The position numbers and the translations under genes are program-made. Under the pieces are notes generated by a model that was given only the letters and a program-made list of their open reading frames with translations, searched no databases and was not told the origin of the DNA. Positions 7,984-18,025 of a stretch of 64,000 bases of DNA are shown here, in pieces (the first letter of the stretch is position 1; each line of letters begins with the position of its first letter). Origin of the DNA: an uncultured Planctomycetia bacterium (GTDB lineage Bacteria > Planctomycetota > Phycisphaerae > FEN-1346 > JAACEH01); the NCBI GenBank assembly GCA_903929765.1, contig CAIYVX010000039.1, forward strand, positions 32,573-96,572, written 5' to 3'.

Positions 7984-9849
7984 ATGAGTACCTTGTCCCG
8001 TACCGCCGCACTTGTCTCTCTCGCCTTACTCTGTGCTTTCGCTGCTCCGGCTTTCGCCATGAGCCGCGGCCACGAGGCCCCCCTGCCCCCGCCCGGTGTC
8101 CAGGTCGCCGGCGTCGAAGTCCTGACGCGCGGCCCCATCCACGAAGCCTTTGCCGAACCCGTTATCTTTGACCCTGCCGCCGGTCTCATCGTCCCCGTCG
8201 CCCCGCCCGCTCCCATCAACGAATCCGCTCCGGAAATGGGCCCCGCCACTCCCGGCATGTCCTGGATCCCGGGCTACTGGGCCTGGGACCAGGATCGTAA
8301 CGGCTACATTTGGATCAGCGGCGCCTGGCGCCTGGCGCCGCCCAATTGTGCCTGGGTTCCCGGCTACTGGACTCCCGTCTCCAACGGCTACCAGTGGGTC
8401 GCCGGTTTCTGGCTCCCGGGCAACGCCCAGGAAGTCACCTACCTCCCCGACCCGCCGCCCTCTCAGGACATCGGACCCATCGGCCTCGCCCCCTCGCCCG
8501 ACACCGTCTGGATTCCCGGCGTCCAGGTCTGGCAGGGCCGGGGCTACGCCTGGCGACCCGGCTACTGGGCCGCCGCTCAGGCCAACTGGCTTTGGAACCC
8601 CGCCCACTACGCCTGGACCCCGCGCGGCTACATCTTCATCGACGGCTACTGGGACTATCCCCTCTCGCACCGCGGCGTCCTCTTCGCCCCCGCCGCCATC
8701 GAAGCCTCCGTCTACGGCGCCCCGGGCTTCGATTACACCCCCTCCGTCGTCCTGACCAGCGACATCTTTGAAGGCGCCTTCTTCACCTCGCCCGGTTATT
8801 CCACCTACTATTTCGGCGACTACTACGACGACTCCTACAGGACGCGCGGCATCTACCCCTGGTACTCCTACAGAGATCGACACGACTGGTACGATCCCAT
8901 CTACGCCCATCGCGAGTGGAACCACCGCTCCGACAATCCCAACTATGACCGCGACCAGAGACAGCTCTTCTCCTCACGGCAGTCCAACGTCAGCCTCCGA
9001 CCAGCCCGCACCTACAACGCCGAAGTCGACCGCCTCAGGAACCATCCCGAACTCACCGGCCGCTCACCCGCCATGTCCCAGCGAGCCAACGAGGCCGCCG
9101 CCGCTCGCAACACCGCCGCCGTTCCACTGGGCAGGTTGAACACCCAGGACCGCTCCCAGGGCGCCGCCGTCGAACAACAGGTCCATTCCTACACGCAACA
9201 GCGCACCAAATGGGAAGCCCCCGCCACCCAGCCCTCACGCAACGAACGCCCCGCCGTGCAGGAACGTCCCGCTGTCCAGCCCGCCGTCACCCAGCCCGCA
9301 CGCAACGAACGCCCCGCCGTCCAGGAACGTCCCGCCGTCCAGCCCGCCGTCAGGCCCGCCGTCAGGCCCGCCGAGCGACCGGCCGTTCAAGAGCGACCCG
9401 CCGTCCAGGAACGACCTGCCGTCCAGCCGCATCCCGCCGTCCAGGAACACCCGGTTGTCCAGGAACGACCTGCCGTCCAACCGCACCCCGTCGTCCAGGA
9501 ACGACCTGCCGTTCAGGAACGCCCCGCCGCTCAGCCCGCCTCCAGGCCTACCGTCCAGGAGCGTCCCGCCGCACCAACTCGCACCGCTCCTCCCGAGCGA
9601 GTCGCCATCCCGACCTCGCCCGTCCGTGGTCCGACTGTCCAACATGGTACTCCCAACCTCCCCGCCAGACCCGAGGCCCCGGCCCCTCGCGCCGCTCCGG
9701 TCGCTCCCGCTCCTCATGCCGCGCCGCCTGCTCCAGCCGCTCCGGCTGCTCCGGCCGCCCCGACCGCTCCCGCTCCTCATGCCGCCCCGGCTGCTCCGGC
9801 CGCCACTCCGACTCCGGATCATCAGGATCATGGCAACAAGCATAACTGA
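7984..9849 (+). CDS. Secreted YXWGXW-repeat protein with Pro-rich hexapeptide tandem-repeat tail
   Basis: RBS AGGAGA and signal peptide MSTLSRTAALVSLALLCAFAAPAFA. Repeated PGYWxW...GYxWxxGxW units follow. The C-terminal portion carries (ERPAVQ)n and AP-rich low complexity. Confidence 0.6.
   Translation: MSTLSRTAALVSLALLCAFAAPAFAMSRGHEAPLPPPGVQVAGVEVLTRGPIHEAFAEPVIFDPAAGLIVPVAPPAPINESAPEMGPATPGMSWIPGYWAWDQDRNGYIWISGAWRLAPPNCAWVPGYWTPVSNGYQWVAGFWLPGNAQEVTYLPDPPPSQDIGPIGLAPSPDTVWIPGVQVWQGRGYAWRPGYWAAAQANWLWNPAHYAWTPRGYIFIDGYWDYPLSHRGVLFAPAAIEASVYGAPGFDYTPSVVLTSDIFEGAFFTSPGYSTYYFGDYYDDSYRTRGIYPWYSYRDRHDWYDPIYAHREWNHRSDNPNYDRDQRQLFSSRQSNVSLRPARTYNAEVDRLRNHPELTGRSPAMSQRANEAAAARNTAAVPLGRLNTQDRSQGAAVEQQVHSYTQQRTKWEAPATQPSRNERPAVQERPAVQPAVTQPARNERPAVQERPAVQPAVRPAVRPAERPAVQERPAVQERPAVQPHPAVQEHPVVQERPAVQPHPVVQERPAVQERPAAQPASRPTVQERPAAPTRTAPPERVAIPTSPVRGPTVQHGTPNLPARPEAPAPRAAPVAPAPHAAPPAPAAPAAPAAPTAPAPHAAPAAPAATPTPDHQDHGNKHN
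9238..9585 (+). repeat. Intragenic 18-nt tandem repeats (GAACGNCCNGCCGTCCAG) encoding (ERPAVQ)n within the YXWGXW protein gene
   Basis: About 15 units, including a 63-nt higher-order duplication (RNERPAVQERPAVQPAVTQPA x2). Confidence 0.85.
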
Positions 9850-9852
9850 AGT

Positions 9853-10200
9853 ACTGTAGGGTGGCTGCTTGCAGCCACGCAGAAGTAAAACGCCAAAGGC
9901 CGCCCCAAGTTTCTCTTGGAGCGGCCTTTGCTTTTGCCTTGGCCGTTTCTTTTTCCGGGTGCCACACTTTGAAGCCCCGGCGCTTCGCCGGGGCCAAAGT
10001 GTGTGCTTCTTCTTTTTCTTCTTCTTCTTTTTCTTTTGAAGCCCCCAGCAGTGCTGGGGGATGCCGTTTCTTCTTCTGTTGCTGCTTCTTCACCCCTCTC
10101 CCTTGAGGGGAGAGGGTAGGGTGAGGGTGCACCTGTTGCTCCCATATCGCTGGGGGTTGCCGTTTCTTCTCCTTCTTCTGTTCCTTCGGCCTGAAGCCTG
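9853..10200. repeat. Composite array: G2, D2 (9957-10008), C2 (10036-10075), A7 (10091-10132), H3 (10185-10205)
   Basis: Five different repeat families concatenated with CT-rich linkers between two convergent genes. Confidence 0.8.
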
Positions 10201-10202
10201 CT

Positions 10203-11054
10203 TCACTTCTCCGTCTTCGGATCAAACGCATCCCTTAGCCCATCACCCACAAAATTCATGCACAACAACGTTAGTCCCAAAAATAAACACGGAAAAAACA
10301 GCAGCCACCAGCAATTCACCACCGGGTTCACCGCGTCCACCGCGTCGCTCGCCAGCGTCCCCCAGCTCGCCTGCGGCGCCGACACCCCCAACCCCAGAAA
10401 ACTCAAAAACGATTCCTGCAAGATCGCCGCCGGTACCGTCAGCGTCGCACAAACAATAATCGGACCCACCAGGTTCGGCAGCAGGTGCCGAACCAGGATC
10501 CGCCCCGGCCCCGCCCCCAGCGCCCGCGCCGCCGTCACATACTCCTCCTGCCGCAGCCGCAGCACCTGGCCGCGCACAATCCGCCCCATCGTCAGCCACG
10601 ACACCGCCCCGATCGCCACGAACAGCACCCAGAACTTCTGCTGCGCATAGACCAGCAGCAAAATCACCAGCAATATATATGGCAATCCATACAGCGTATC
10701 CACCACCCGCATCATCCAGCGGTCCGTCGCCCCACCCGCCTGACCCGCAATCGCCCCGTAAAACGTCCCGATCACCACGCTCACCGCCGCTGCCGCCAGC
10801 CCCACCACCAGCGATATCGCCCCGCCCGCCAGCGTCCGCCGCAGCAAATCCCGACCGTTCGTGTCCGTCCCGAACGGATGCGACCGCGACGGACTCCACG
10901 GGTGCGGCTGACCCACCGCCGCCTCTTCCGCCTTCGACACCCCCGCCCCCGCCTCCGTCGTCGCCGCCGTCACAAAACACGCCGCCGCCACCACCGCCAG
11001 CACCACCACACCCCCCAAAGCCGCCCGGTTCGACCTGAACCGCCGCCAAGCCAT
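10203..11054 (-). CDS. ABC transporter permease, DppC/OppC (BPD_transp_1) family
   Basis: HPFGTDTNGRDLLRR and EYVTAARALGAGPGRILVRHLLPN signature with six TM segments. No partner dppB/D/F genes adjacent. Confidence 0.85.
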   Translation of the reverse strand: MAWRRFRSNRAALGGVVVLAVVAAACFVTAATTEAGAGVSKAEEAAVGQPHPWSPSRSHPFGTDTNGRDLLRRTLAGGAISLVVGLAAAAVSVVIGTFYGAIAGQAGGATDRWMMRVVDTLYGLPYILLVILLLVYAQQKFWVLFVAIGAVSWLTMGRIVRGQVLRLRQEEYVTAARALGAGPGRILVRHLLPNLVGPIIVCATLTVPAAILQESFLSFLGLGVSAPQASWGTLASDAVDAVNPVVNCWWLLFFPCLFLGLTLLCMNFVGDGLRDAFDPKTEK

Positions 11055-11079
11055 CTCCAGCGGACTCCGCCCCGGTTTT

Positions 11080-11296
11080 GATTTTGTTGCTTTTTCTTCT
11101 TCATCCCTCGCCCCAGACGATGGGTGGCATGGTCCGGCGCAGACGGGCCATGAAGAGGAAACCGTTCGACTGGAGGCCGTTGCTTCTTCTTCACCCCTCT
11201 CCCTTGAGGGGAGAGGGTAGGGTGAGGGTGTTGCTGTTTCTTCTGCTTCTTCTTTTGTTGCCGTGCCTTAAGCCTTAGGTCTTAAGCCTTAAGCCT
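11080..11296. repeat. Composite array: B4 (11122-11195), A8 (11202-11230), H4 (11264-11296)
   Basis: Lies between the dppC-like gene start and the groES stop. Confidence 0.8.
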
Positions 11297-11585
11297 ATTT
11301 CTCAATCTTCGCCAAAATATCCGTCTCGTGCAGCACCACGTACTCCGTGCCGTCGATCTCGACTTCGGTCCCCGAATACTTGGCATACAGCACGTCGTCG
11401 CCCTTGGCCACGCTCATCTTGGCCCGCTCGCCGTTTTCCAACAGCTTGCCGGGGCCGGTGGCGATGACTTTGCCGCGCTGCGGCTTTTCCTTCGCCGTGT
11501 CGGGCAACACAATCCCGCCCGCCGTCTTCTCTTCCGCTTCCACCTGCTCGATTACCACGCGATCATCCAACGGTTTCAGTGCCAT
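11295..11585 (-). CDS. groES: Co-chaperonin GroES
   Basis: 96 aa: [46 protein letters not shown]... Confidence 0.95.
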   Translation of the reverse strand: MALKPLDDRVVIEQVEAEEKTAGGIVLPDTAKEKPQRGKVIATGPGKLLENGERAKMSVAKGDDVLYAKYSGTEVEIDGTEYVVLHETDILAKIEK

Positions 11586-11672
11586 AGCTTCAAATCTCCT
11601 GAGTTTGGTTTTCTCTTTCTAATTATCGTTTCCCGGCGAAACATGGCCGCAAGCGGCCATGCCACCCGTTTT

Positions 11673-13364
<1,692 letters not shown>

Positions 13365-13395
13365 CATTGTTTGTGAGTCCTCCGTTTTTGTTGTT

Positions 13396-13492
13396 AAAGC
13401 CCCCAGCGCTGCTGGGGGACGCCGTTGTTTCTTCTTCTTCACCCCTCTCCCTTGGGAGAGGGTGCCGCTTTAGCGGCGGGTGAGGGGTTGAT
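13396..13492. repeat. C3 + A9 elements immediately upstream of groEL
   Basis: GCCCCCAGCGCTGCTGGGGGACGCC followed by CACCCCTCTCCCTTGGGAGAGGGTG and GCCGCTTTAGCGGC. Confidence 0.8.
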
Positions 13493-13796
13493 GACTATAA
13501 CCTCCACGCTCACTGCCAAGCAGCGCAGCATACATCTTTCGCTGGCTTAAGAAAAGCAAAAAATGTGCCAGAGCCGTTCTCTTTGAACCCGGGTGGTCTG
13601 GCGGCCGCTGTTTGCCGCCATGTTTCGCCGATAATTTCACCCAACCGCGAACCAGTTGAAAGTCCGCAGTCTGCCACTTTGGCAGTGGCGGGGCTGGGCG
13701 GGCGGCCTGGTTTGGCAGGCGACTGATCGACTGAAACGCTCTTCTTCTTAAACGGCTTGGCCCGTATACTGATAGAAGGCAGCGACCGAGGGAGCT

Positions 13797-14102
13797 TTGC
13801 TGGAGGAGATCACAATGGACGAGCAAGCGATGAAACGTCTCAGAGCCGCCGTCGCCGCCGCCTGGTGGACCGTGTTGATTTTCGCCATCTACCTGACGGT
13901 GGTCTGGTGCGGCGTGCTTTATGTGCTGCGAACGCGCCCGGATTGGGTGCTCGCGCTCTGGGGCGGCGAACCGCTGACCTGGGGCCAGATGCAGATCTTC
14001 ATTCTCTGGACCTTCACGGTGCTGAAACTCGTCCTGGCGGTCGGCCTGTTGATCACCGTCTGGCTGACGCTGTACTCCCGGCGACTGGCGCGGCAGGGCT
14101 GA
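13797..14102 (+). CDS. Hypothetical small membrane protein
   Basis: Two or three predicted TM helices (WWTVLIFAIYLTVVWCGVLYVL...) and GC3-biased codons. No recognizable family. Confidence 0.3.
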   Translation: MLEEITMDEQAMKRLRAAVAAAWWTVLIFAIYLTVVWCGVLYVLRTRPDWVLALWGGEPLTWGQMQIFILWTFTVLKLVLAVGLLITVWLTLYSRRLARQG

Positions 14103-14769
14103 GCGGTACGGCAGGCTTGTAAACCGTCATCGCCCACTGGCGGAACTGCGTCCAGCCGTCGGTATCGCGGCCCGTCTGGCGGCACCAGGTTTCATATTCG
14201 CCGAGTACGCTGGCGACGTGCTTCGGGGCGTAATCAAAATGAAAATAGAGCGGCGTGACCTGGCGGCGGGCCTCACGGTAACTCTCGCCGCCGATGGCCA
14301 TGGCCGCCATCATGCTGACCACGCCGGTCCGGTCGGCCCCCAGGCGGCAATGAATCAGGAGCGGTCGCGGGGCGGTTTCCAGGGCCTCGATCGTGCGGGT
14401 CAGATCTTCTCGCGTCATCTCGCTCGAACTCGCCAGTTGCACGCTTGTGTACTGCACGCCCACTTCCTTCGCCGCCGCCATCTCAGATTGCACCCGCGCG
14501 TTCCGCTTCTCGTCGCCGCGCAGGTTCAACACGCTCTTCAGGCCATATTGCGTCTGCCAGCGGCGAATCTCGTCGCCGTCCGGCTGGTTGGAGCGATAAA
14601 CCTGCCCCTCGACCACCGTGCCGAAATTGTGAAACGCGAAAAATCGCAGCGCCGCCACGGCGAGCAGGGCCAACAGGCCGAGGCAGAGAACAAGCAACGT
14701 GCGGCGCAGGACGCGCCACCGGGGCGCCGGCTTGGGCGGCGCGGCGATGGGCGGATTGTTTTCGGTCAA
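14053..14769 (-). CDS. Protein-tyrosine/dual-specificity phosphatase family protein
   Basis: Catalytic CX5R(S/T) loop HCRLGADRTG, and an N-terminal TM anchor. Confidence 0.75.
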   Translation of the reverse strand: MTENNPPIAAPPKPAPRWRVLRRTLLVLCLGLLALLAVAALRFFAFHNFGTVVEGQVYRSNQPDGDEIRRWQTQYGLKSVLNLRGDEKRNARVQSEMAAAKEVGVQYTSVQLASSSEMTREDLTRTIEALETAPRPLLIHCRLGADRTGVVSMMAAMAIGGESYREARRQVTPLYFHFDYAPKHVASVLGEYETWCRQTGRDTDGWTQFRQWAMTVYKPAVPLSPAAPVAGSTASARR

Positions 14770-14868
14770 GTTCGGCCTCCGGTCAATCGGTCTTTCACGT
14801 CACAATAATAATGTCCCATCGCGGTCCGTCCAGCGAAATCGCCCTCGGTCGCTGTCTCGGAATCCGCA

Positions 14869-14912
14869 CTTCATAATTGGATATTGAGTGTTGGATATTG
14901 GACATTCGCCGT
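14869..14912. repeat. Family-E element copy E4
   Basis: TTCATAATTGGATATTGAGTGTTGGATATTGGACATTCGCC. Confidence 0.75.
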
Positions 14913-14979
14913 TTCTCCTCCTATACCGGAGCAACCATTTTTCCCGCCATTCGACTACGAAATGCTATAATCCCCGACC

Positions 14980-15846
14980 ATGAACCCAGCTTCCGACCCA
15001 TCCCCTGCCCTCCCCGCCATAACGGTTACGGTCTGCTCCTACAACCGTGGGGCCATGCTCGAACTCGCCCTGGCCGGCTACGACCGCCAATCCTACCGCA
15101 ACTTCGAGGTCATCGTCTGCGACGACGGCTCCTCCGACGGCACGGTCGAACTGGTCGAAGGGCTGAAGCGCCGCCTCTCGTTCCCCTTGCGGCTCTTTAC
15201 CTGGGAAGACCTGGGCTACCGCCGCGCCGGTGTCCTGAACGTCGGCTTCGTCCTGGCCAGGAACCCCCTGGTCGTCTGCACCGACGAGGACTGTGTGCCG
15301 CACCGCGATTTTCTCCTCGGCCACGCCCGCAGGGCCCGGCGAGGACGGTTTTCGCTGGCCAAAGTGGTGAAAGTCGCCGAGCGCGACATGGCCGCCGCGA
15401 CCGTCGAGGGCATCGCCGCCGGCCGCATCGACCGCCTGCTCACGCCCTGGCCGCGGACCAAACTTTTCTACATGCACCTCAAATATTACCAGTGGCTTCT
15501 CTGCCGCACCCCGCTGCGGCCGAAGATGAACGGGGCGAACTTCGCCGTCTGGCGCGACGACCTCTGGGCCGTCAACGGTTTCGACAACACCTTCGTCGGC
15601 TACGGCTATGAGGACAACGACCTGCGCCGCCGGCTCCTCGAAAGCGGCCGCCGCATCCAGGTCGCCGTCCGCCAGGCCGTCACCTTTCATCTCTGGGAAA
15701 AAAAGAAGGGTTACGTCGTCGGCGACTCCGGCGTCAAAAACAAGGCCCACGCCGAACGCCCGACCACGCAAATCATCTGCGCCGACGGCCTCCGCCAGAC
15801 CGCCGCGCGGCTCAACCTCGAAATCCCGCCGGAATATCGAGATTAG
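14980..15846 (+). CDS. Glycosyltransferase family 2
   Basis: ITVTVCSYNRGAMLELAL...FEVIVCDDGSSDGT, plus the DxD-containing region CTDEDC. Confidence 0.8.
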   Translation: MNPASDPSPALPAITVTVCSYNRGAMLELALAGYDRQSYRNFEVIVCDDGSSDGTVELVEGLKRRLSFPLRLFTWEDLGYRRAGVLNVGFVLARNPLVVCTDEDCVPHRDFLLGHARRARRGRFSLAKVVKVAERDMAAATVEGIAAGRIDRLLTPWPRTKLFYMHLKYYQWLLCRTPLRPKMNGANFAVWRDDLWAVNGFDNTFVGYGYEDNDLRRRLLESGRRIQVAVRQAVTFHLWEKKKGYVVGDSGVKNKAHAERPTTQIICADGLRQTAARLNLEIPPEYRD

Positions 15847-17024
15847 AGGTCGGCGAAAAGCGGTTCCGACGTCTTCCGCCTCTTCTTCGCGCCCCGCACC
15901 CCCACAAAATCCCCCATCGCCGAGCGGCCATGCAGAAATCGCTTAACCGTCGCGTTGATGGCGGCCTCCGCGATATCGATGCCGATGAATCGTCGCCCAA
16001 GCGTCGCCGCCGCCTCCAACGTTGTTCCCGATCCGCTGTAGCAGTCCAACACAAGGTCGCCGGGATTCGTGGTCGCCGCCACCAGACGCGACACCAACTC
16101 GAAATTCTTTTCCGTGGGATAGCCCGTAATCAGAATGTTTTGATTGTGGGCATCCTTGAACTCCATCCAAATATCCTGCACCGGAATCCCTTTGCTTTGG
16201 TCGAAGAAAACCTTGCGACGCGGGTTCCCATTCGGCGACCAATAGATTTCCCCGGCGGCGTCAAAGGCGTCGAGCTTGGCCGGCGGATATTGCCAGTGCT
16301 TCCCGACCGGCGGAAGTTTGCCGCGCCAGGGCCGGCCGGTTTCACCACGGCGAATGCCAGGGGCATGCACCGGCACCTTTTTGTAGCGCCGCCCCGACTT
16401 CTTATCAATGTACGGATATTCATCAACAACCTTCTCGTCGGTCCAGGCATCGTACGGGCGATGCCAGACGTTCTGTTCCGACTTGGCGTAGAACAGGATG
16501 TGGTCGGCGATGTTGCCGAAATTATTGCGCGTGTAATTTTTGGTGTTGCACTTTTTGCGAGTGATGAAGTTTCGGAAGTTCTGTCTCCCGAAAATTTCAT
16601 CCATGACGATCTTGGCCTCAAAGACCATATTCTGATCGAGATGCACGAAGATTGACCCATCCTCGGCCAGGAGGTCATGCAACACTATCAGCCGCCGCCG
16701 CAGCGCCTCCACATATTCGGCCCCGTCGAGATGATCTTCGTAGGCATGGTTGGCCTCACGGTCCACAAATGCCATCGCTGTGGCATACGGCGGATCGATG
16801 TAAACGCAACGAACGTGCCGGCGGACGCCCGGTTGCTCCCGCAGCCAGAGCATGGTCGAGAGGTTATCGCCGCAGTAAAGCTTTCCCATCGCGCTCGACA
16901 GTTCGACTTCTTTCGGCTCCTCACCTTGGAGCGCCAAGACCTCAGCGCGCGGCATCTTCCCCGTATAGTCGAGAGTGTAGCTCAATCTGCTGGCACGTTT
17001 GTTTCTGGGAACCCCCGTCGCCAT
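15843..17024 (-). CDS. Site-specific DNA methyltransferase (N6-adenine or N4-cytosine, beta-class; DPPY motif)
   Basis: Motif IV VYIDPPYA lies N-terminal to motif I region LVLDCYSGSGTT, which is the beta-class order. Consistent with the N6_N4_Mtase family. Confidence 0.85.
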   Translation of the reverse strand: MATGVPRNKRASRLSYTLDYTGKMPRAEVLALQGEEPKEVELSSAMGKLYCGDNLSTMLWLREQPGVRRHVRCVYIDPPYATAMAFVDREANHAYEDHLDGAEYVEALRRRLIVLHDLLAEDGSIFVHLDQNMVFEAKIVMDEIFGRQNFRNFITRKKCNTKNYTRNNFGNIADHILFYAKSEQNVWHRPYDAWTDEKVVDEYPYIDKKSGRRYKKVPVHAPGIRRGETGRPWRGKLPPVGKHWQYPPAKLDAFDAAGEIYWSPNGNPRRKVFFDQSKGIPVQDIWMEFKDAHNQNILITGYPTEKNFELVSRLVAATTNPGDLVLDCYSGSGTTLEAAATLGRRFIGIDIAEAAINATVKRFLHGRSAMGDFVGVRGAKKRRKTSEPLFADL

Positions 17025-17027
17025 CGC

Positions 17028-17951
17028 TCAGGCCTCCAGCCATGCGGCGGTGATGCGCTCCGGCACCATCCGTAAAGTGGCAACCTTGATACGCCCCTTG
17101 CCGGAACGTTCCAGATGGGCATAATCCTTCCACATCGAACCGAGAAGCAAGCCCGGTCCGTCGTTCAGAAAGATCACTTTCAGTTTACCCAACTTTTTCC
17201 TCGCCGCAAAACCGAGTACCTCCGCGGCACACTCTCTGTAACCTCCTGTGCGATCGTCCTCCTGTGCGCCGCCGCGGTCTCCGTCATAACGTGCGAATCC
17301 TACCGCGAGTACTTCGGCTCCACGTTTGATGATGAAATCTGCGGGACGATCAGGCTTCGGATAATCAGGCCAGACCTTGCCCAGAAGCACATCCTTCCCG
17401 GCTCGCTCCGGTCCGATGATGCTGAAACCCGGCAAATGCCCATGGACCAGGGCAAAGAATTTCTCAGTGAGGTCGTACCCTTTCTTGCCCCGGTCTTTGT
17501 ATTCCCAGAGGATGGCGCACAAAGCTTCGTCTCGAATTGGCCGAGAACTGAACGCCTTTTGAACTTTCTGGATAGGTCGGAAATCGCGGCCGAATTGGTC
17601 GCAAATGGCCCTGGCTTTCCGCTTCGCCTTGAGCATTTCGACTGGTGTCGCAGGGCTGACGTATTTCCGAAAAACTCGGGCGAGTTGAACACGCATCCAT
17701 GTTTCAGTAAGTTCGCAGATGTTCGTAAACAACGCGCACGACGATTCCGAACGCTTCAGAATTTGCCCGAAAAGAACAAGGACGGGCTTGTAGAGTTCAC
17801 AGGCTTCCGGCAGTATGTCGGGGTAGTATTCGCCCGTTGCCAACGTAATCCAAGTCGCTGCGTCCGGGCGATAGTCCTCGAAGTTCGTGCGCGCGGTTGG
17901 AATCTTCGCGGTCACTTTGGTACGCCGTGATTTTGGCTTCAGAATGGTCAT
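17028..17951 (-). CDS. Putative restriction endonuclease partner of adjacent methyltransferase (hypothetical)
   Basis: 307-aa ORF 4 bp upstream of the MTase on the same strand. Lower GC than surroundings. No motif recognized with confidence; the call rests on context only. Confidence 0.4.
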   Translation of the reverse strand: MTILKPKSRRTKVTAKIPTARTNFEDYRPDAATWITLATGEYYPDILPEACELYKPVLVLFGQILKRSESSCALFTNICELTETWMRVQLARVFRKYVSPATPVEMLKAKRKARAICDQFGRDFRPIQKVQKAFSSRPIRDEALCAILWEYKDRGKKGYDLTEKFFALVHGHLPGFSIIGPERAGKDVLLGKVWPDYPKPDRPADFIIKRGAEVLAVGFARYDGDRGGAQEDDRTGGYRECAAEVLGFAARKKLGKLKVIFLNDGPGLLLGSMWKDYAHLERSGKGRIKVATLRMVPERITAAWLEA

Positions 17952-18025
17952 GGGCGCTAGTCTACATCATAGGAGATAGTGCCGTCAAGGACGCCCATCA
18001 AAACTGCTTGCGTTTTGGGGATTCT

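Noticed and set aside
13640-13700. RNase P RNA / other housekeeping ncRNA because of a GAAAGTCCG-like string
   Set aside because: No match to the extended P4/CR-I consensus (GGAAAGTCCGGGCTCC). More likely part of the groEL leader.
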